This document shows, piece after piece, positions 1-10,205 of a DNA stretch of 64,000 bases (positions are counted from its first letter, which is position 1; each line of letters starts with the position of its first letter). The DNA comes from a virus. The stretch is from IMG/VR virus record IMGVR_UViG_3300013233_000773. One strand, given 5' to 3'. Below the pieces are notes generated by a model. The model was not told the DNA's origin and made no database searches. It saw nothing but the letters and a program-made list of their open reading frames with translations. The translations under genes and the position numbers were made by a program.

Positions 1-763
1 TTATCCCGACCTTGTACAGTCCAGTCAGGGACAGTAGTTCACCGAGCTTGCCCATGCCGACCACGTCAAGACCCTTCCTGAGACCAGACTTGACATGGTC
101 CACCAGACCGCCCATCTTCTTGAAGACGGCACTCATGCCGCCCGCCACTACGGATCCAACTCGCATTGTCTTGACGAACTTGCCGCCCTGCAGAACCTGC
201 TCCTCTATGTCCTTGACTCGTTCGTCATCCTGCTTAAGACCCTTCTTTCCGATCTTAAGCCTCCCTTTGTTCTGCTTCTCCATGAACCCATAGAACTTGC
301 GCCACATAACCTGGAACTTGGTCTGCTTCTTCTCGTTCTTGTTCTGGTCCTTCTGAAAACCAGTGTTGGTCTTGCCGAACTTCTTAAGATTCTTCTCCGC
401 AGTCTCCGCTCCTCCTCCACCGCTGCGCTGCGCGGCCACCATCGTCTCCTGAGCCTGCTGCACCGCGTCCACCTGTGCCTGCCCAGCCCTAGCCGCCTGC
501 CCGGCCATGTCGCGGTATGACCTGGAGGCCCTATCGACTGCGGCTGGCTGACCGCCCAGGACGTCAAGTGCTCTCTGGAACTGCTGCGCTATGCGTGAGC
601 CCGCAGACTCGCCGGTTGCGCCAAAGGCATCGAGCTTCCTCTGGACGGAGGCAACCTTGGTCTCGAGCTCGTTGAGGACGTTTACGGCACCGCGCAGTAC
701 CTCCGTGGCGTTGTCCTGGAGGTTCAGGGAGAGGCTGAGGGCATAGGTGTTGATGTCGGACAC
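1..763 (-). CDS. Tape measure-like protein, N-terminal part (runs off window)
   Basis: Manually translated open frame from GTG at 763 (MSDINTYALSLSLNLQDNATEVLRGAVNVLNELETKVASVQRKLDAFG...). It is helical, Ala/Gly/Lys-rich, has no stop to the window edge and follows the hub-like gene. Absent from the ORF track because it is truncated. Confidence 0.6.
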   Translation of the reverse strand, partial: MSDINTYALSLSLNLQDNATEVLRGAVNVLNELETKVASVQRKLDAFGATGESAGSRIAQQFQRALDVLGGQPAAVDRASRSYRDMAGQAARAGQAQVDAVQQAQETMVAAQRSGGGGAETAEKNLKKFGKTNTGFQKDQNKNEKKQTKFQVMWRKFYGFMEKQNKGRLKIGKKGLKQDDERVKDIEEQVLQGGKFVKTMRVGSVVAGGMSAVFKKMGGLVDHVKSGLRKGLDVVGMGKLGELLSLTGLYKVGI

Positions 764-765
764 GC

Positions 766-2097
766 CTATTTCCCCTTCGGTTCAGGAATCTTCTTCGCTT
801 CCGCGTTCCAGTCTAGCCTGTTGCAGTATAGGTCCGTCAACCACCGGTGCGTGCTCACGCGATGGTGGAACCCATAGACCATCCAGTTACCGCTCAGGAA
901 CATGTCCTTACTGCCAGTCTCCGTCCAAGTGAGCTTCAAGTACGAGACCCCAAGGTTATGGGTGTCAGCAAGCTTCTTGCTCGGATCTCCAAGGATCGTC
1001 AGCTTCAGCCGCATGACGTGCTTCAGCATGTCCAGGAACCTGGTACGGGCACGCCCGTCGATATATTTGTCGTATCCGATTCCGACGTCCCCGGCATTAT
1101 GCTGCGGAATGCTGGCGATCGACGTCGACCACTCGTGAGGCTTCTCGACTGGATTCGTCCTGGTCGGTCCGACCACTCCGCTCGGCGCAGACGGCTTAGT
1201 AAACCCGCGCTCCTGGTCCAGCTCGACGTTCCACTTTGCCGAAGTGCGCTCGTCATAGACGTGGACGACCTTCCTCGGCCTGTCCTGGACCCTGTCAAAA
1301 TACCTCTCGGACACGGACGACAGGCCGTGCGTTATCAGCTGCTTCTGGAACGCAGAGATGTAGGGATCGGCGAGGAACTGAAAGGTGGTCCCATCGTTTG
1401 CGGACGGAGCCGCAGAGTTGAACACGTACGACCTATAGAACTCCGGCTTCCTGGCGGCCTGCTCCATCACATGGATGGCACCCCTAGTATCGAGGTCGCC
1501 GTCACTGGATACGATGTACTGCGTCCTCTGCCTGGTGACCGAGCTAGACCAGTCGATCAGAGAGCCCAGGAACGTCTTGGGATCCTGGCGCATCTGCCAC
1601 CACTGGTTCTGGTCCGAGTCGTCCGTCTCGCTTACCCGAACCTCCCCGCCGCCGTTAGGATCCTGAAAGTACTTCTGCAGGACCTGCTTCATGACACCGC
1701 TGACCTTGCCCTGGTATACGTCTCCGGAGCAGTCGCCGGCATTAAGCCACCAGGTAGGTGGGTCGACCACCACGACCGTGAAGGATCCAGAGATGTTCAC
1801 TCCGGACGCATCGACGTCCGAGAGATATCCGAAGTGGACGCCCGTGGTCTCCTTCTCTCCGCGCCACTTAAGCTCGAATTGAACGGGGGTAGGAGCCCTT
1901 CGCCCGTTGCGGAGATAACCCCTCGTGATCAGGTCGCGGAGAAGCTCCCAGTAGCTGTCGCGGAACTCGACCCGCAGGACGAACCCACCGTTCACGAAGG
2001 CCATCCAGTCGACCTTGGTGAAGAGATGTCCCGCCTCGGGACCGTCCGCCACCCGTATGGAGAGCTCCGGCTGATGTGACGTGGTCCTCTTTGACAT
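766..2097 (-). CDS. Baseplate hub / tail protein (gp27/gpD-like)
   Basis: ATG 2097 has a GGAGG RBS. ~443 aa with 'YQGKVSGVMKQVL', 'WWQMRQDPKTFLGSL' and a C-terminal 'LSGNWMVYGFHHRVS' typical of contractile-tail hub proteins. Confidence 0.55.
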   Translation of the reverse strand: MSKRTTSHQPELSIRVADGPEAGHLFTKVDWMAFVNGGFVLRVEFRDSYWELLRDLITRGYLRNGRRAPTPVQFELKWRGEKETTGVHFGYLSDVDASGVNISGSFTVVVVDPPTWWLNAGDCSGDVYQGKVSGVMKQVLQKYFQDPNGGGEVRVSETDDSDQNQWWQMRQDPKTFLGSLIDWSSSVTRQRTQYIVSSDGDLDTRGAIHVMEQAARKPEFYRSYVFNSAAPSANDGTTFQFLADPYISAFQKQLITHGLSSVSERYFDRVQDRPRKVVHVYDERTSAKWNVELDQERGFTKPSAPSGVVGPTRTNPVEKPHEWSTSIASIPQHNAGDVGIGYDKYIDGRARTRFLDMLKHVMRLKLTILGDPSKKLADTHNLGVSYLKLTWTETGSKDMFLSGNWMVYGFHHRVSTHRWLTDLYCNRLDWNAEAKKIPEPKGK

Positions 2098-2152
2098 GCG
2101 CTCCTCCGGCCACCAATATCTATCTTTCAGCGACCGGCAGCGAAGCTGGAAT

Positions 2153-3169
2153 TCAGACCATGGCGGCCAGAACGGACATGTCAAGGACCGATCTGTGCCC
2201 AAGAAGATACCGCAGGGCCGTCCCGCACCCTCCCTTCCTGTCCATGTCGTTCCAATCTATTCCAGAAGGAGGAAGGCAATATTCAAGCCGGCACTTTCTG
2301 CGGAACATGAAGAAGTGGTCCCGCAGGGACTTCGCGCCGGCCTCGTCCGCATCCGGCGCGAACAGCAGGACCTCGGGGGCCAGTGCAAGAACCTTCCTGG
2401 CCTGCCTGCCACCCTCGGTCATTGCCGCCCCGCCCGTAGCGACGCAATCATCCCCTATACTAAGACAGTTAAAGATGGACTCCACGACGACCAGGCAGGG
2501 ACACGGTTGCTCGACGTTATCGAAATTGTACAGCCAGTCCGTCTTGCGCAGGCCAGTCCTGCCCTCGTCCGGGAAGTTGAACGACTTCGCCAGGAAGCTA
2601 CGCTCCTGCCAGTAGACCATCTCGCCGTACTCGTGATATGGGAAGACTATCGTCGATGGAGTATATCCCAGACCGGCCGTCTCGACGGTCTGTTCGTCCA
2701 TGCTCCTACTCAGGAGATAGTTCAGCGCATACTTCCTAATAACGTGGTCCCTGCGCTCAGAGAACATGACCGTACCATCAGGAAGGTCCACCAGGTCGAC
2801 CGGTGCCTGTGCCCTCCTCTCGTCGTCCTGCACCTGGCCGGACGCGACCGCTCCAGTGCAGGACGACAATATCTCCCTCACGGCAGCCCTGTAAGTCAGC
2901 CCCCTGTACTTGCGGACGAATCCGATGAACGAGCCGTTGTACTGCCTGTGGTTTGGGCGGTAGTCATTTACCCAAAAGTCACAGAGAGGCTTGCCGTTCC
3001 TGCCGCGCCTGCTATGTAGCTCCTTGCGCACGGTGCTGACGTTGAGCCTAAAGGCCCTGTCACCGTCCGGATTGCATATGTGCAGCTCCTGTCCGCCCTT
3101 CCTGGAGCGGAACTCGAAGTTCTTGGCGATCCATGCCTTGACGTGTTCTGGCGTTATCCTTGCGCGCAC
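2153..3169 (-). CDS. DNA primase (TOPRIM, T4 gp61/DnaG-like)
   Basis: 'IVFPYHEYGEMVYWQERS', 'LYNFD', TOPRIM 'VVVESIFNCLS' and DxD motif 'FAPDADEAG', plus 'DWND'. Confidence 0.85.
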   Translation of the reverse strand: MRARITPEHVKAWIAKNFEFRSRKGGQELHICNPDGDRAFRLNVSTVRKELHSRRGRNGKPLCDFWVNDYRPNHRQYNGSFIGFVRKYRGLTYRAAVREILSSCTGAVASGQVQDDERRAQAPVDLVDLPDGTVMFSERRDHVIRKYALNYLLSRSMDEQTVETAGLGYTPSTIVFPYHEYGEMVYWQERSFLAKSFNFPDEGRTGLRKTDWLYNFDNVEQPCPCLVVVESIFNCLSIGDDCVATGGAAMTEGGRQARKVLALAPEVLLFAPDADEAGAKSLRDHFFMFRRKCRLEYCLPPSGIDWNDMDRKGGCGTALRYLLGHRSVLDMSVLAAMV

Positions 3170-3179
3170 GGCCTCTCCG

Positions 3180-6100
3180 TCATCCGCACTTGGACCATCC
3201 GCAGTCCATGCAGGTCATGCAGAGCCCCTCTACCTTGACGTTGCGCTGGCTGCACGATGGACACTTGAACTTGCCGATGGTCTCCTCTGCCCTGACGTAT
3301 TCGGACAGTACCCGTGCGCAGGCCCTGGCAAAGTTGGTGATCGGAACCTTGGACTTCAATATCTGGTCGACCACGAACTCAAGAGGAGTACCATGACGCA
3401 GTGCCGTGCTCATCAGGCGGGTCACCAGCGATGCGTCCGTCTCCTCGTACCTGTTGAGCTGCCTTATCAGCATGGCTCCGCTCTCGAAGCTATAGGTGTT
3501 GCCCTTGTCGGTGCTCTCCTTGAAGATGGTCCCCTCCATCCCGCCTGATACGCATGCCTTCTCGTGCTCCAGGGCGAACACCTCGTAGACCCTGTCGTCA
3601 AGGAGTCCCACGAAGACGGCATACTTCTGTCCGTTCGGCTTGATTACATGCACCCTAGCGTCCAGCCGTACCGGGCGCCTCGGCGCACTGCGGACCTCTA
3701 TGGTGTCCTTTGTAGTCCGCTTGCTGACCAGGACTCCCTCGCGGGACCCGTCGCGGTAGACCGTGATACCCTTGCACCCGGCCCGCCAGGCCTCCACATA
3801 ATACCGGCCCACTTCCTCCTCGGTCGCAGTCGACGGAAGGTTGACAGTATTCGATATCGACTGGTCGATGTACCGCTGTATCGCTCCCTGCATCCTGATG
3901 CGGAACTCAGGACTGACTTCATGCGCCGACACGAAGTAATGTGGAAGGTCCTGGCCGTGTTCCTCGAGGTATTCCTTAGCGACGGGATGGAACACGTCAT
4001 GCTCCACGACCTCCTTCGCGGTCCCCAGGTTGGTCTTCCGGACGTACTTCATCATGAACACCGGCTCGGTTGACGACGAGCATCCGGCCAGGCATGATAT
4101 GGATCCCGTCGGTGCTATCGCGTGCAGGGCTATGTTCCTGATGCCGGTCCGCCGGATGTCACACTGAATCTCGAACGGGAGCCTCTTGACGAACTCGGAC
4201 CTGCAGTGCCTGTCGGCGTCGAACGCCGGGAAGGGACCCTTCTCGACCGCCAGCCGGCACGACTCGTCGTACGACGCGGTCATGAACGTCTCGAACACCT
4301 TCTCGGAGATCCGGACGGCATCGTCCGTGTCATATCCGGTGCGCATCTTCAGGAGCATGTCAGCAAAGCCCATCGCTCCAAGGCCAAGCCTGCGCCCGTT
4401 GTCATTGGCCCATTGCTGGAACTCCATCGGGGCCTTCTCGAGGGTAATGACGCCGTCCAGAAACCGCACAGCCGACCTGACGTCCTTCTCGAACGCCCCG
4501 TGGTCGAACGAGCAATCCTCTCGGAACGGACTGCGGACGTACTTCCCGAGGTTCATGGACCCGAGATTGCACGAGTCCCCGTGGGACAGTGCTACCTCGC
4601 CGCAGTTGCCGACCCGCAGTCCAGAGACCGTCATCTCGTGATGCTCAGGCTCAGTAAGGCAGAAGGTCTCTTCCTCTCCGGCGTACTCGATCGAGACGAC
4701 CTTCTTGTGCGTCCTCCTGGCAGAGTTTCCGGAACCGCAATGTGCGTCGAGCCAGGCGGCCAGAATCACGTTCCTCCATTCCTGCATGAACCCGATGGTC
4801 TCATGAAACCTCACTAGGTTCTCCCTGCGCGAAACGATCAACTCATATTGGGCTCTGAACGGATATGTCTTCCTGCCACCGTCCCCGTCGTTCATTTCCT
4901 TCATGCCAGGCTTCCTGCGCATGGTCACGGTCGAGTCAATACCGAGCTGGGACAGCATAAGCTGACAGTCGCTCAGTAGCCCGAGCCTAGACTGCGCAAG
5001 CCTTATTGATGCTGAACACCTTGACTCATTGATCTGAACGCTACCGTCCGCGCTGAACAGGCCACGCATGAACATGGCTATGGTCCGTTCGTTGCCGGTC
5101 CACATCGACGCAGGAATCAGGTGCTTCGAGCCCGGTACCAGGCCGTCCTCCGCCATCAGCCGCCCAAGGACAATTGAGCAGATCTCTGCCTTTGCACAGT
5201 CGAAGCCCTTGTCCCGGACGATCCTCGGTTCATATTCCGGACACTGATCGGTCGAGGAGTTCGACCTTTCATAGACCTTTTTCATGGCATTCTTCAACGC
5301 CGGCATGGCCGCCTCTATGTCCCTGCCCCATGCACGCACATGGGCCCTATGGCCACGTTCGAAACGCGAGACGGAACCATCTCCTATGGTCCATCCGGCC
5401 AACAGGGCATATTCCTCGTAGTCGAAGTCTCCAAACGACGTGTTGCGCTGGACAGGAACCATGTCGCCAGGAACGACGTCCCTGAGCGAAATCCTTCCCT
5501 TTCCCTTCACCGGGAACCTGTGCCCTGCAGTCGCGACGATGAAGGATCCGTCGTCATAGGTGACCCGGTAGACCGGTGCGGCCTCGGACGTGCGGTACAC
5601 GCAGCTGGAACCAGTCAGGCCCGTCCTGCTCACTATTCGCTGAGCCTGTTCCCGGACGGACTCCTCGCAGTGTTCCTTGAAGCCCTGCTCGGCCCAGAGC
5701 TCGCGGGCTCTGCGATATCCACGCTCCGTCAGGATCCGCATATCCCCGGCCAGGCACGGGTTGGTAGTTAGGCACTTGAACCTGTCGTACTGCTGGGCCG
5801 GAACCTCCCTGCAGGTGGCGTCCCAGAACAGCAGTCCTGGCTCTGCGCGCTTCCATGCGAAGTGGACTATCTTGTTCCACAGGTCCCGCGCCGAGACCGT
5901 GCTGTACGTCCTGCCGCCCCACCGGAGGTCGAACGGCGCATCGTCCAGGACAGCGCGCATGAACTCGTCGGTTACCTTGACGCTGACGTTGGCGTACCTG
6001 ATCCTGTCGAGACCGTCGCCCTTGATCTCGACGAACTTCTCCACGTCCGGGTGAGCGACGTCCAGGCTCAGGAGCAACGCTCCGATCCTGGCGGACTGCC

Positions 6101-6632
6101 CTATCGTGCAGGTGACGGTGCTGAATAGGTCCATGAAGGCCACCGGCCCGCCTGACGTCCTTGCTGCGTTGTGTACGGGATCTCCGCTCGGCCTGAGGAC
6201 CGACAGGTCCACCCCGCAGCCGCCACCGGCCTTGTACGTCTGGGCCATCCTGTTTAGGCAGGTGAAGATCGCCTCGACGGAGTCGTCCTCTATCTCTATC
6301 ACGTAGCAGTTCTTGAGAGTCACCGCAGCCGGATTGTCGAGCCCGTACATGATACGCCCTGCGGGCACGAACTTGAAGTCCTCGAGCAGCTCTCGATATC
6401 TGCGATACGCCTTCCTGCCGCCGTCCGTCCTGGCCACCGCCTTAGCCATGCGGTCCCACATCGTGGCCGGACCGTCCTCCAGAAGCTCGCCATCCTCGTC
6501 GTGTAAGAGGTACTTGTCCACCAGCACGGTGGCGGCCAGGCTGTCTCCCAGCAGCTCCGTGCACTCCTCGATCACCCTCCTGCGGTCAAGCTTCCTGGTT
6601 GCGTCCCTGCGTCGTTCAAGCGTGGCCGTCAT
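3180..6632 (-). CDS. nrdJ: Class II (adenosylcobalamin-dependent) ribonucleotide reductase containing an intein
   Basis: 'FVPAGRI', 'LKNCYV', 'GGGCGVDLS', TNP/CGE (interrupted), 'IAPTGSIS', 'DQSISNTVN', 'GCKGITVYRDGSR'. C-terminal Zn ribbon CPSC..CMDC; no class I YY pair. Confidence 0.9.
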   Translation of the reverse strand: MTATLERRRDATRKLDRRRVIEECTELLGDSLAATVLVDKYLLHDEDGELLEDGPATMWDRMAKAVARTDGGRKAYRRYRELLEDFKFVPAGRIMYGLDNPAAVTLKNCYVIEIEDDSVEAIFTCLNRMAQTYKAGGGCGVDLSVLRPSGDPVHNAARTSGGPVAFMDLFSTVTCTIGQSARIGALLLSLDVAHPDVEKFVEIKGDGLDRIRYANVSVKVTDEFMRAVLDDAPFDLRWGGRTYSTVSARDLWNKIVHFAWKRAEPGLLFWDATCREVPAQQYDRFKCLTTNPCLAGDMRILTERGYRRARELWAEQGFKEHCEESVREQAQRIVSRTGLTGSSCVYRTSEAAPVYRVTYDDGSFIVATAGHRFPVKGKGRISLRDVVPGDMVPVQRNTSFGDFDYEEYALLAGWTIGDGSVSRFERGHRAHVRAWGRDIEAAMPALKNAMKKVYERSNSSTDQCPEYEPRIVRDKGFDCAKAEICSIVLGRLMAEDGLVPGSKHLIPASMWTGNERTIAMFMRGLFSADGSVQINESRCSASIRLAQSRLGLLSDCQLMLSQLGIDSTVTMRRKPGMKEMNDGDGGRKTYPFRAQYELIVSRRENLVRFHETIGFMQEWRNVILAAWLDAHCGSGNSARRTHKKVVSIEYAGEEETFCLTEPEHHEMTVSGLRVGNCGEVALSHGDSCNLGSMNLGKYVRSPFREDCSFDHGAFEKDVRSAVRFLDGVITLEKAPMEFQQWANDNGRRLGLGAMGFADMLLKMRTGYDTDDAVRISEKVFETFMTASYDESCRLAVEKGPFPAFDADRHCRSEFVKRLPFEIQCDIRRTGIRNIALHAIAPTGSISCLAGCSSSTEPVFMMKYVRKTNLGTAKEVVEHDVFHPVAKEYLEEHGQDLPHYFVSAHEVSPEFRIRMQGAIQRYIDQSISNTVNLPSTATEEEVGRYYVEAWRAGCKGITVYRDGSREGVLVSKRTTKDTIEVRSAPRRPVRLDARVHVIKPNGQKYAVFVGLLDDRVYEVFALEHEKACVSGGMEGTIFKESTDKGNTYSFESGAMLIRQLNRYEETDASLVTRLMSTALRHGTPLEFVVDQILKSKVPITNFARACARVLSEYVRAEETIGKFKCPSCSQRNVKVEGLCMTCMDCGWSKCG
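4605..5756 (-). mobile_element. Intein (384 aa) with LAGLIDADG homing endonuclease in nrdJ
   Basis: Inserted at TNP|CGE. Starts CLAGDMRILTERG, has block B 'ATAGHRF', LAGLIDADG blocks 'LLAGWTIGDG' and 'FMRGLFSADG', and ends 'VSGLRVGN' followed by Cys. Confidence 0.92.
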
Positions 6633-6641
6633 GGTGCGTCC

Positions 6642-7289
6642 TCATTCCTTGACAAAGTCCGTCCCCAACATCCGTTCCGCATGCGCCACTATCCTTTGAC
6701 TGCAGCATAGCCTCGTCCTCGTGCGCAGCAGCTCGCGCATGCCCGGCATCGTTCCCTTCTCGTGTTCCCTGAGGCACGCCATCGCGCGCAGACATGGACT
6801 GAAGACCGCAAGCAGACAGGACGCAACGTATCCGGCATGATGCCACCTGACCATGTCCGGATAGGCGTCCGGAACAGCCCTATGCAGCAGCACACTGGAC
6901 CACGGTTCTCCATTCCTCCTTCGGGAACTTATGAAGCAGTATGACCTGGACATAGTACTGATTGTGCCTTCTTCGGCTTGACGGTCGCGCTCAAGCTTGG
7001 CGCAGCACAGCTCGACCAGGTCCTTGCACGCCAGGACACCGAGACCCCTTCGTGCCAGCTCCCTCCTACCGGCACTCTCCACCACGGCCCCAACGACGTA
7101 CGGCAACATGTCATCCTCTATTCCGACCGCATCGGTGCGCTTCAGGAAGGCCTCCAGATGACGCCAGCTATACGTCTTGCGCGGATCCGTGCCGGAGCCG
7201 AACGACACGTTCTTGCCATAGCGGCGCGCCGCGTCCCTGAACACCAGGAACACCTTGGCTATTCTGGCATCGTCGACCACTCGTCCCAT
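6642..7289 (-). CDS. Hypothetical protein
   Basis: Likely start MGRVVDDARIAK at 7289, preceded by a GTATTTGAG motif; abuts nrdJ. Confidence 0.6.
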   Translation of the reverse strand: MGRVVDDARIAKVFLVFRDAARRYGKNVSFGSGTDPRKTYSWRHLEAFLKRTDAVGIEDDMLPYVVGAVVESAGRRELARRGLGVLACKDLVELCCAKLERDRQAEEGTISTMSRSYCFISSRRRNGEPWSSVLLHRAVPDAYPDMVRWHHAGYVASCLLAVFSPCLRAMACLREHEKGTMPGMRELLRTRTRLCCSQRIVAHAERMLGTDFVKE

Positions 7290-7342
7290 CCTAGTTGGCT
7301 CCGTAGATAACCGATGCAAGCACTCAAATACTGGAGAAGCAA

Positions 7343-7696
7343 ATGAGCAAGAAGGTCCGCAGGAAGCCCGGAGAACAGGGCAGAAAAGCCACGGAGACCA
7401 CCAAGGGAGCTTTGTCGGACACCCATCCAGTCGAAGTTGATCCATCCAAGGCCAGGGACGAAGAAGAGGCCAAGGAGATGCTCGGCGCAGTCGAGAAGTG
7501 GATTGATGGCATAGCCGAAGACGTAGGTGAGCTAGCCAAGAAGCACCGCATCAAGGCCTACGCGCTGCTGTTCGTGCATCCTGCGACCGGCAAGGTGATG
7601 TACCTGTCGAACCTCGACCGCTATAACGCCACTCGAATGTCTGCAGTGGCGGTCAGAAGAATGAAGCAAGAAATAGCCGAAGAACTAGCGGTCTAG
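7343..7696 (+). CDS. Hypothetical protein
   Basis: 117-aa ORF with GGAG RBS and coding-like composition. Confidence 0.6.
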   Translation: MSKKVRRKPGEQGRKATETTKGALSDTHPVEVDPSKARDEEEAKEMLGAVEKWIDGIAEDVGELAKKHRIKAYALLFVHPATGKVMYLSNLDRYNATRMSAVAVRRMKQEIAEELAV

Positions 7697-9657
7697 AGAC
7701 CATAGATGTTGCGCAGGTTCTCGCACAGCGAAGCAACCCTGTCCTTCATTGGAACCTCCCGCATGCGCTTCAGGATCTCCTCATTTCGCCTACCGTGCAC
7801 GGTCTGCCATCCCGGCATGCGCACATGGAAGAGGTGAAACAGGACGGTATCTCCGTCCCTACACATCTCCGTGCATTGCTCCAGCCTATCTTGGAACTCC
7901 TTATCCTCGGAACCGTATCCGATGAACTCCTCGCACAGTCCACCTATCCTAATGTACGCTTCCTTCCTTATGCCTATGCTTCCCCCCGCAAATTCACTGC
8001 TCGTCCTAGTGATCTCGGAGTGCCCAATCGACAGGTTGTCCAGGCAGACCTCGTTGGAGGACTCCTCGGTCAGGTAGACGACCTTGCCACAGACGTGCGC
8101 GGACTCATGGTCGTTCAACGTCCTTACCACCGTGGACAGATAATTTCCGTGGACCAGGACGTCCGCGTCATGCAGCACCAGATGCCCGTGCGAGCTGATG
8201 GACGCACCCAGGTTTAGGGCCGTCGACTTCGAAAACTCGGACGGGCCGCCGACGAGTACGTGCCGAGCCCCAGTGGTCTCCGACCATTCAACGCGCCGCT
8301 CTCCATCCTGTTCAACCACTATAACCTCGACGAGCGGATGGCGCTGGGCCCGCAGGTTGTTCATGACAGCCAGGACATGGGGAATATTATCCTGGTCCCT
8401 GGACCGAAAAGGGACGATGCAGCTTACCCCTTTCACGTCCGACTGCGTGGTCCTGCCGACGTAAATCCGGTTCCGGTCGCTGCGTAGCTTCTTGAACAGG
8501 ACGCGGGACCTGGATAGTTCGGACGACTTCTCCGAGCCAACTGCAGACGCGTCTGGACAGATCTTCAGAAACATGTCGGAGCCGACGACGTCGTGATAAC
8601 CGGGAGGCTGTATTCCGCTCATAGATATGCGGTGTGACCAGTCGACGTGCTCCATGCCATACAATCCGAACCTCTCGTCGAAGAAGCCAGCGGTCCTTCC
8701 TGCCTCGTCGTCGTACACGAGCACCGCCCCGTGCGGCTTCTCTGTTATAGTCCATATCGTATGCTTGCCTAACTTCCGCCTGGTCCCATCAGTGGCCCTA
8801 GCACCCTGGACTCCGGACTGGCGCATGCAGAAGTGGTGATAGCCGTGCTCCTTCATGGCGGAGACGTAGTGATGCTCCCATCCCGGCCTGAGCACTTCTA
8901 CGTCGTCGTTCATGATGATCCTGTACCGGAACCTCTCGAGGCACTGCATGAGCCTGTTCGTGTTTCCAGCGACTCCGATGCGCCTGTCACTGTGCAGTAT
9001 GGCGAATTCCTGTCCGGACAGTCCTTCGGTATATCTCCTGGTGCGCGCGTCCGTGGATTCGTCGCTTATGACCACGGTTGTCTTCGTCAGGTCGGTGTGT
9101 CTACGCAGGGACTCAACCAGCCGCCTCAGGCTGCCAATGCGGTTGTAGCTCAATATTCCGACTCCGACCTCGTTCGAGACTGGAACCACTGGTATCCTGT
9201 CGAGCTCGGTCCCGATGGGCCTGGAAAGGACCGCCGCCTGCTTCTTCCTTGCTACCTTCTTCGGCCTGGCCTGCATGCGCCGAAGCTTGGTCTGTCTAGC
9301 CACCTGCATGCGCTGCAGCTTGGTCTGCCTGACCGCCTGCATCTTGGTCCTCAATCTCTCTGCGTGCTGTCTGGCCCGGTTCGACGTGGCAGCGTTCCTG
9401 GCACGCTCGGCCTCCGACCGCAGGACCTGCGCACGCATCGCCCTCGACTTTGCCTCGGCCATGCGACGCACCGGTACGGCGGTTGGCCCAGACACGTTGC
9501 TCCTGGTCACCTTGAGATACCTGGGCACGTACCTGTCAAAGTACTGATCGAGGGCCTTGCGCTGAGACCTTGCGAACTGCACCTTCTCGAGCCTAGGTGG
9601 AGGGCCGGTCAATATCACTATCCTGCCCGTTATGTTCAGATATTCGTTTCTCGGCAT
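7693..9657 (-). CDS. Two-domain glycosyltransferase (GT2 + GT2/GT7C) with basic N-terminal extension
   Basis: Domain 1: 'VGVGILSYNR','ISDES','IMNDDVE','GFFDERFGLYGMEHVDW'. Domain 2: 'SCIVPFR','VVEQD','FSKSTALNLG','LHDADVL','IGGLCEEFIGYGSEDKEF'. Confidence 0.85.
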   Translation of the reverse strand: MPRNEYLNITGRIVILTGPPPRLEKVQFARSQRKALDQYFDRYVPRYLKVTRSNVSGPTAVPVRRMAEAKSRAMRAQVLRSEAERARNAATSNRARQHAERLRTKMQAVRQTKLQRMQVARQTKLRRMQARPKKVARKKQAAVLSRPIGTELDRIPVVPVSNEVGVGILSYNRIGSLRRLVESLRRHTDLTKTTVVISDESTDARTRRYTEGLSGQEFAILHSDRRIGVAGNTNRLMQCLERFRYRIIMNDDVEVLRPGWEHHYVSAMKEHGYHHFCMRQSGVQGARATDGTRRKLGKHTIWTITEKPHGAVLVYDDEAGRTAGFFDERFGLYGMEHVDWSHRISMSGIQPPGYHDVVGSDMFLKICPDASAVGSEKSSELSRSRVLFKKLRSDRNRIYVGRTTQSDVKGVSCIVPFRSRDQDNIPHVLAVMNNLRAQRHPLVEVIVVEQDGERRVEWSETTGARHVLVGGPSEFSKSTALNLGASISSHGHLVLHDADVLVHGNYLSTVVRTLNDHESAHVCGKVVYLTEESSNEVCLDNLSIGHSEITRTSSEFAGGSIGIRKEAYIRIGGLCEEFIGYGSEDKEFQDRLEQCTEMCRDGDTVLFHLFHVRMPGWQTVHGRRNEEILKRMREVPMKDRVASLCENLRNIYGL

Positions 9658-10186
9658 TTCCCTTCCTCACGGCCATGATCGCCGAAACCAGACTATCTAC
9701 GTCTGGCTCTGTAGTACCGTCGAGAAATACCTTCACGTCGGCCATTCTGGACAGCTCTGGGATACTCTCAAGCATCTTCTCGCGGTACCTGTCCATCGTC
9801 TCCGCCGTAAGGAAGTCCTTGCCGCGCTCCACGCACTCCTCTACGGGGCACTTAACGTAGGCATATAGCACGGCATGCCGAAACCTTCTAGCTAGGCGAA
9901 AGTATCTGGACATGATCCGCAGCGAGGCGCAGGCCGTGTCGTATATCAGGACGTCGCCCGACCCGCAGCACTCCATCTGTTCCATTAGGACGTCCAGCGA
10001 GACCGCCCAGGCGTCCAGGTCGCACTGCCTCTTCTCGAACTCTGGAAGGTCGTCATAATCCTCGGGACGCATTGACTTCGGCTCGATCACAGCATGATCA
10101 ACGTCCATCTCGCGCAGCCTGTCAACAAGCACGGCGGTACACGTAGTCTTGCCCGCCTGCGGTAGACCTGCCATGAAGACGACCAT
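9593..10186 (-). CDS. P-loop kinase/ATPase (AAA_33/zeta-like)
   Basis: Walker A 'GLPQAGKTT', 'LIYDTAC', 'CPVEECVERG'. Confidence 0.7.
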   Translation of the reverse strand: MVVFMAGLPQAGKTTCTAVLVDRLREMDVDHAVIEPKSMRPEDYDDLPEFEKRQCDLDAWAVSLDVLMEQMECCGSGDVLIYDTACASLRIMSRYFRLARRFRHAVLYAYVKCPVEECVERGKDFLTAETMDRYREKMLESIPELSRMADVKVFLDGTTEPDVDSLVSAIMAVRKGNAEKRISEHNGQDSDIDRPST

Positions 10187-10205
10187 GCTGGTCAAATACG
10201 CCGGA

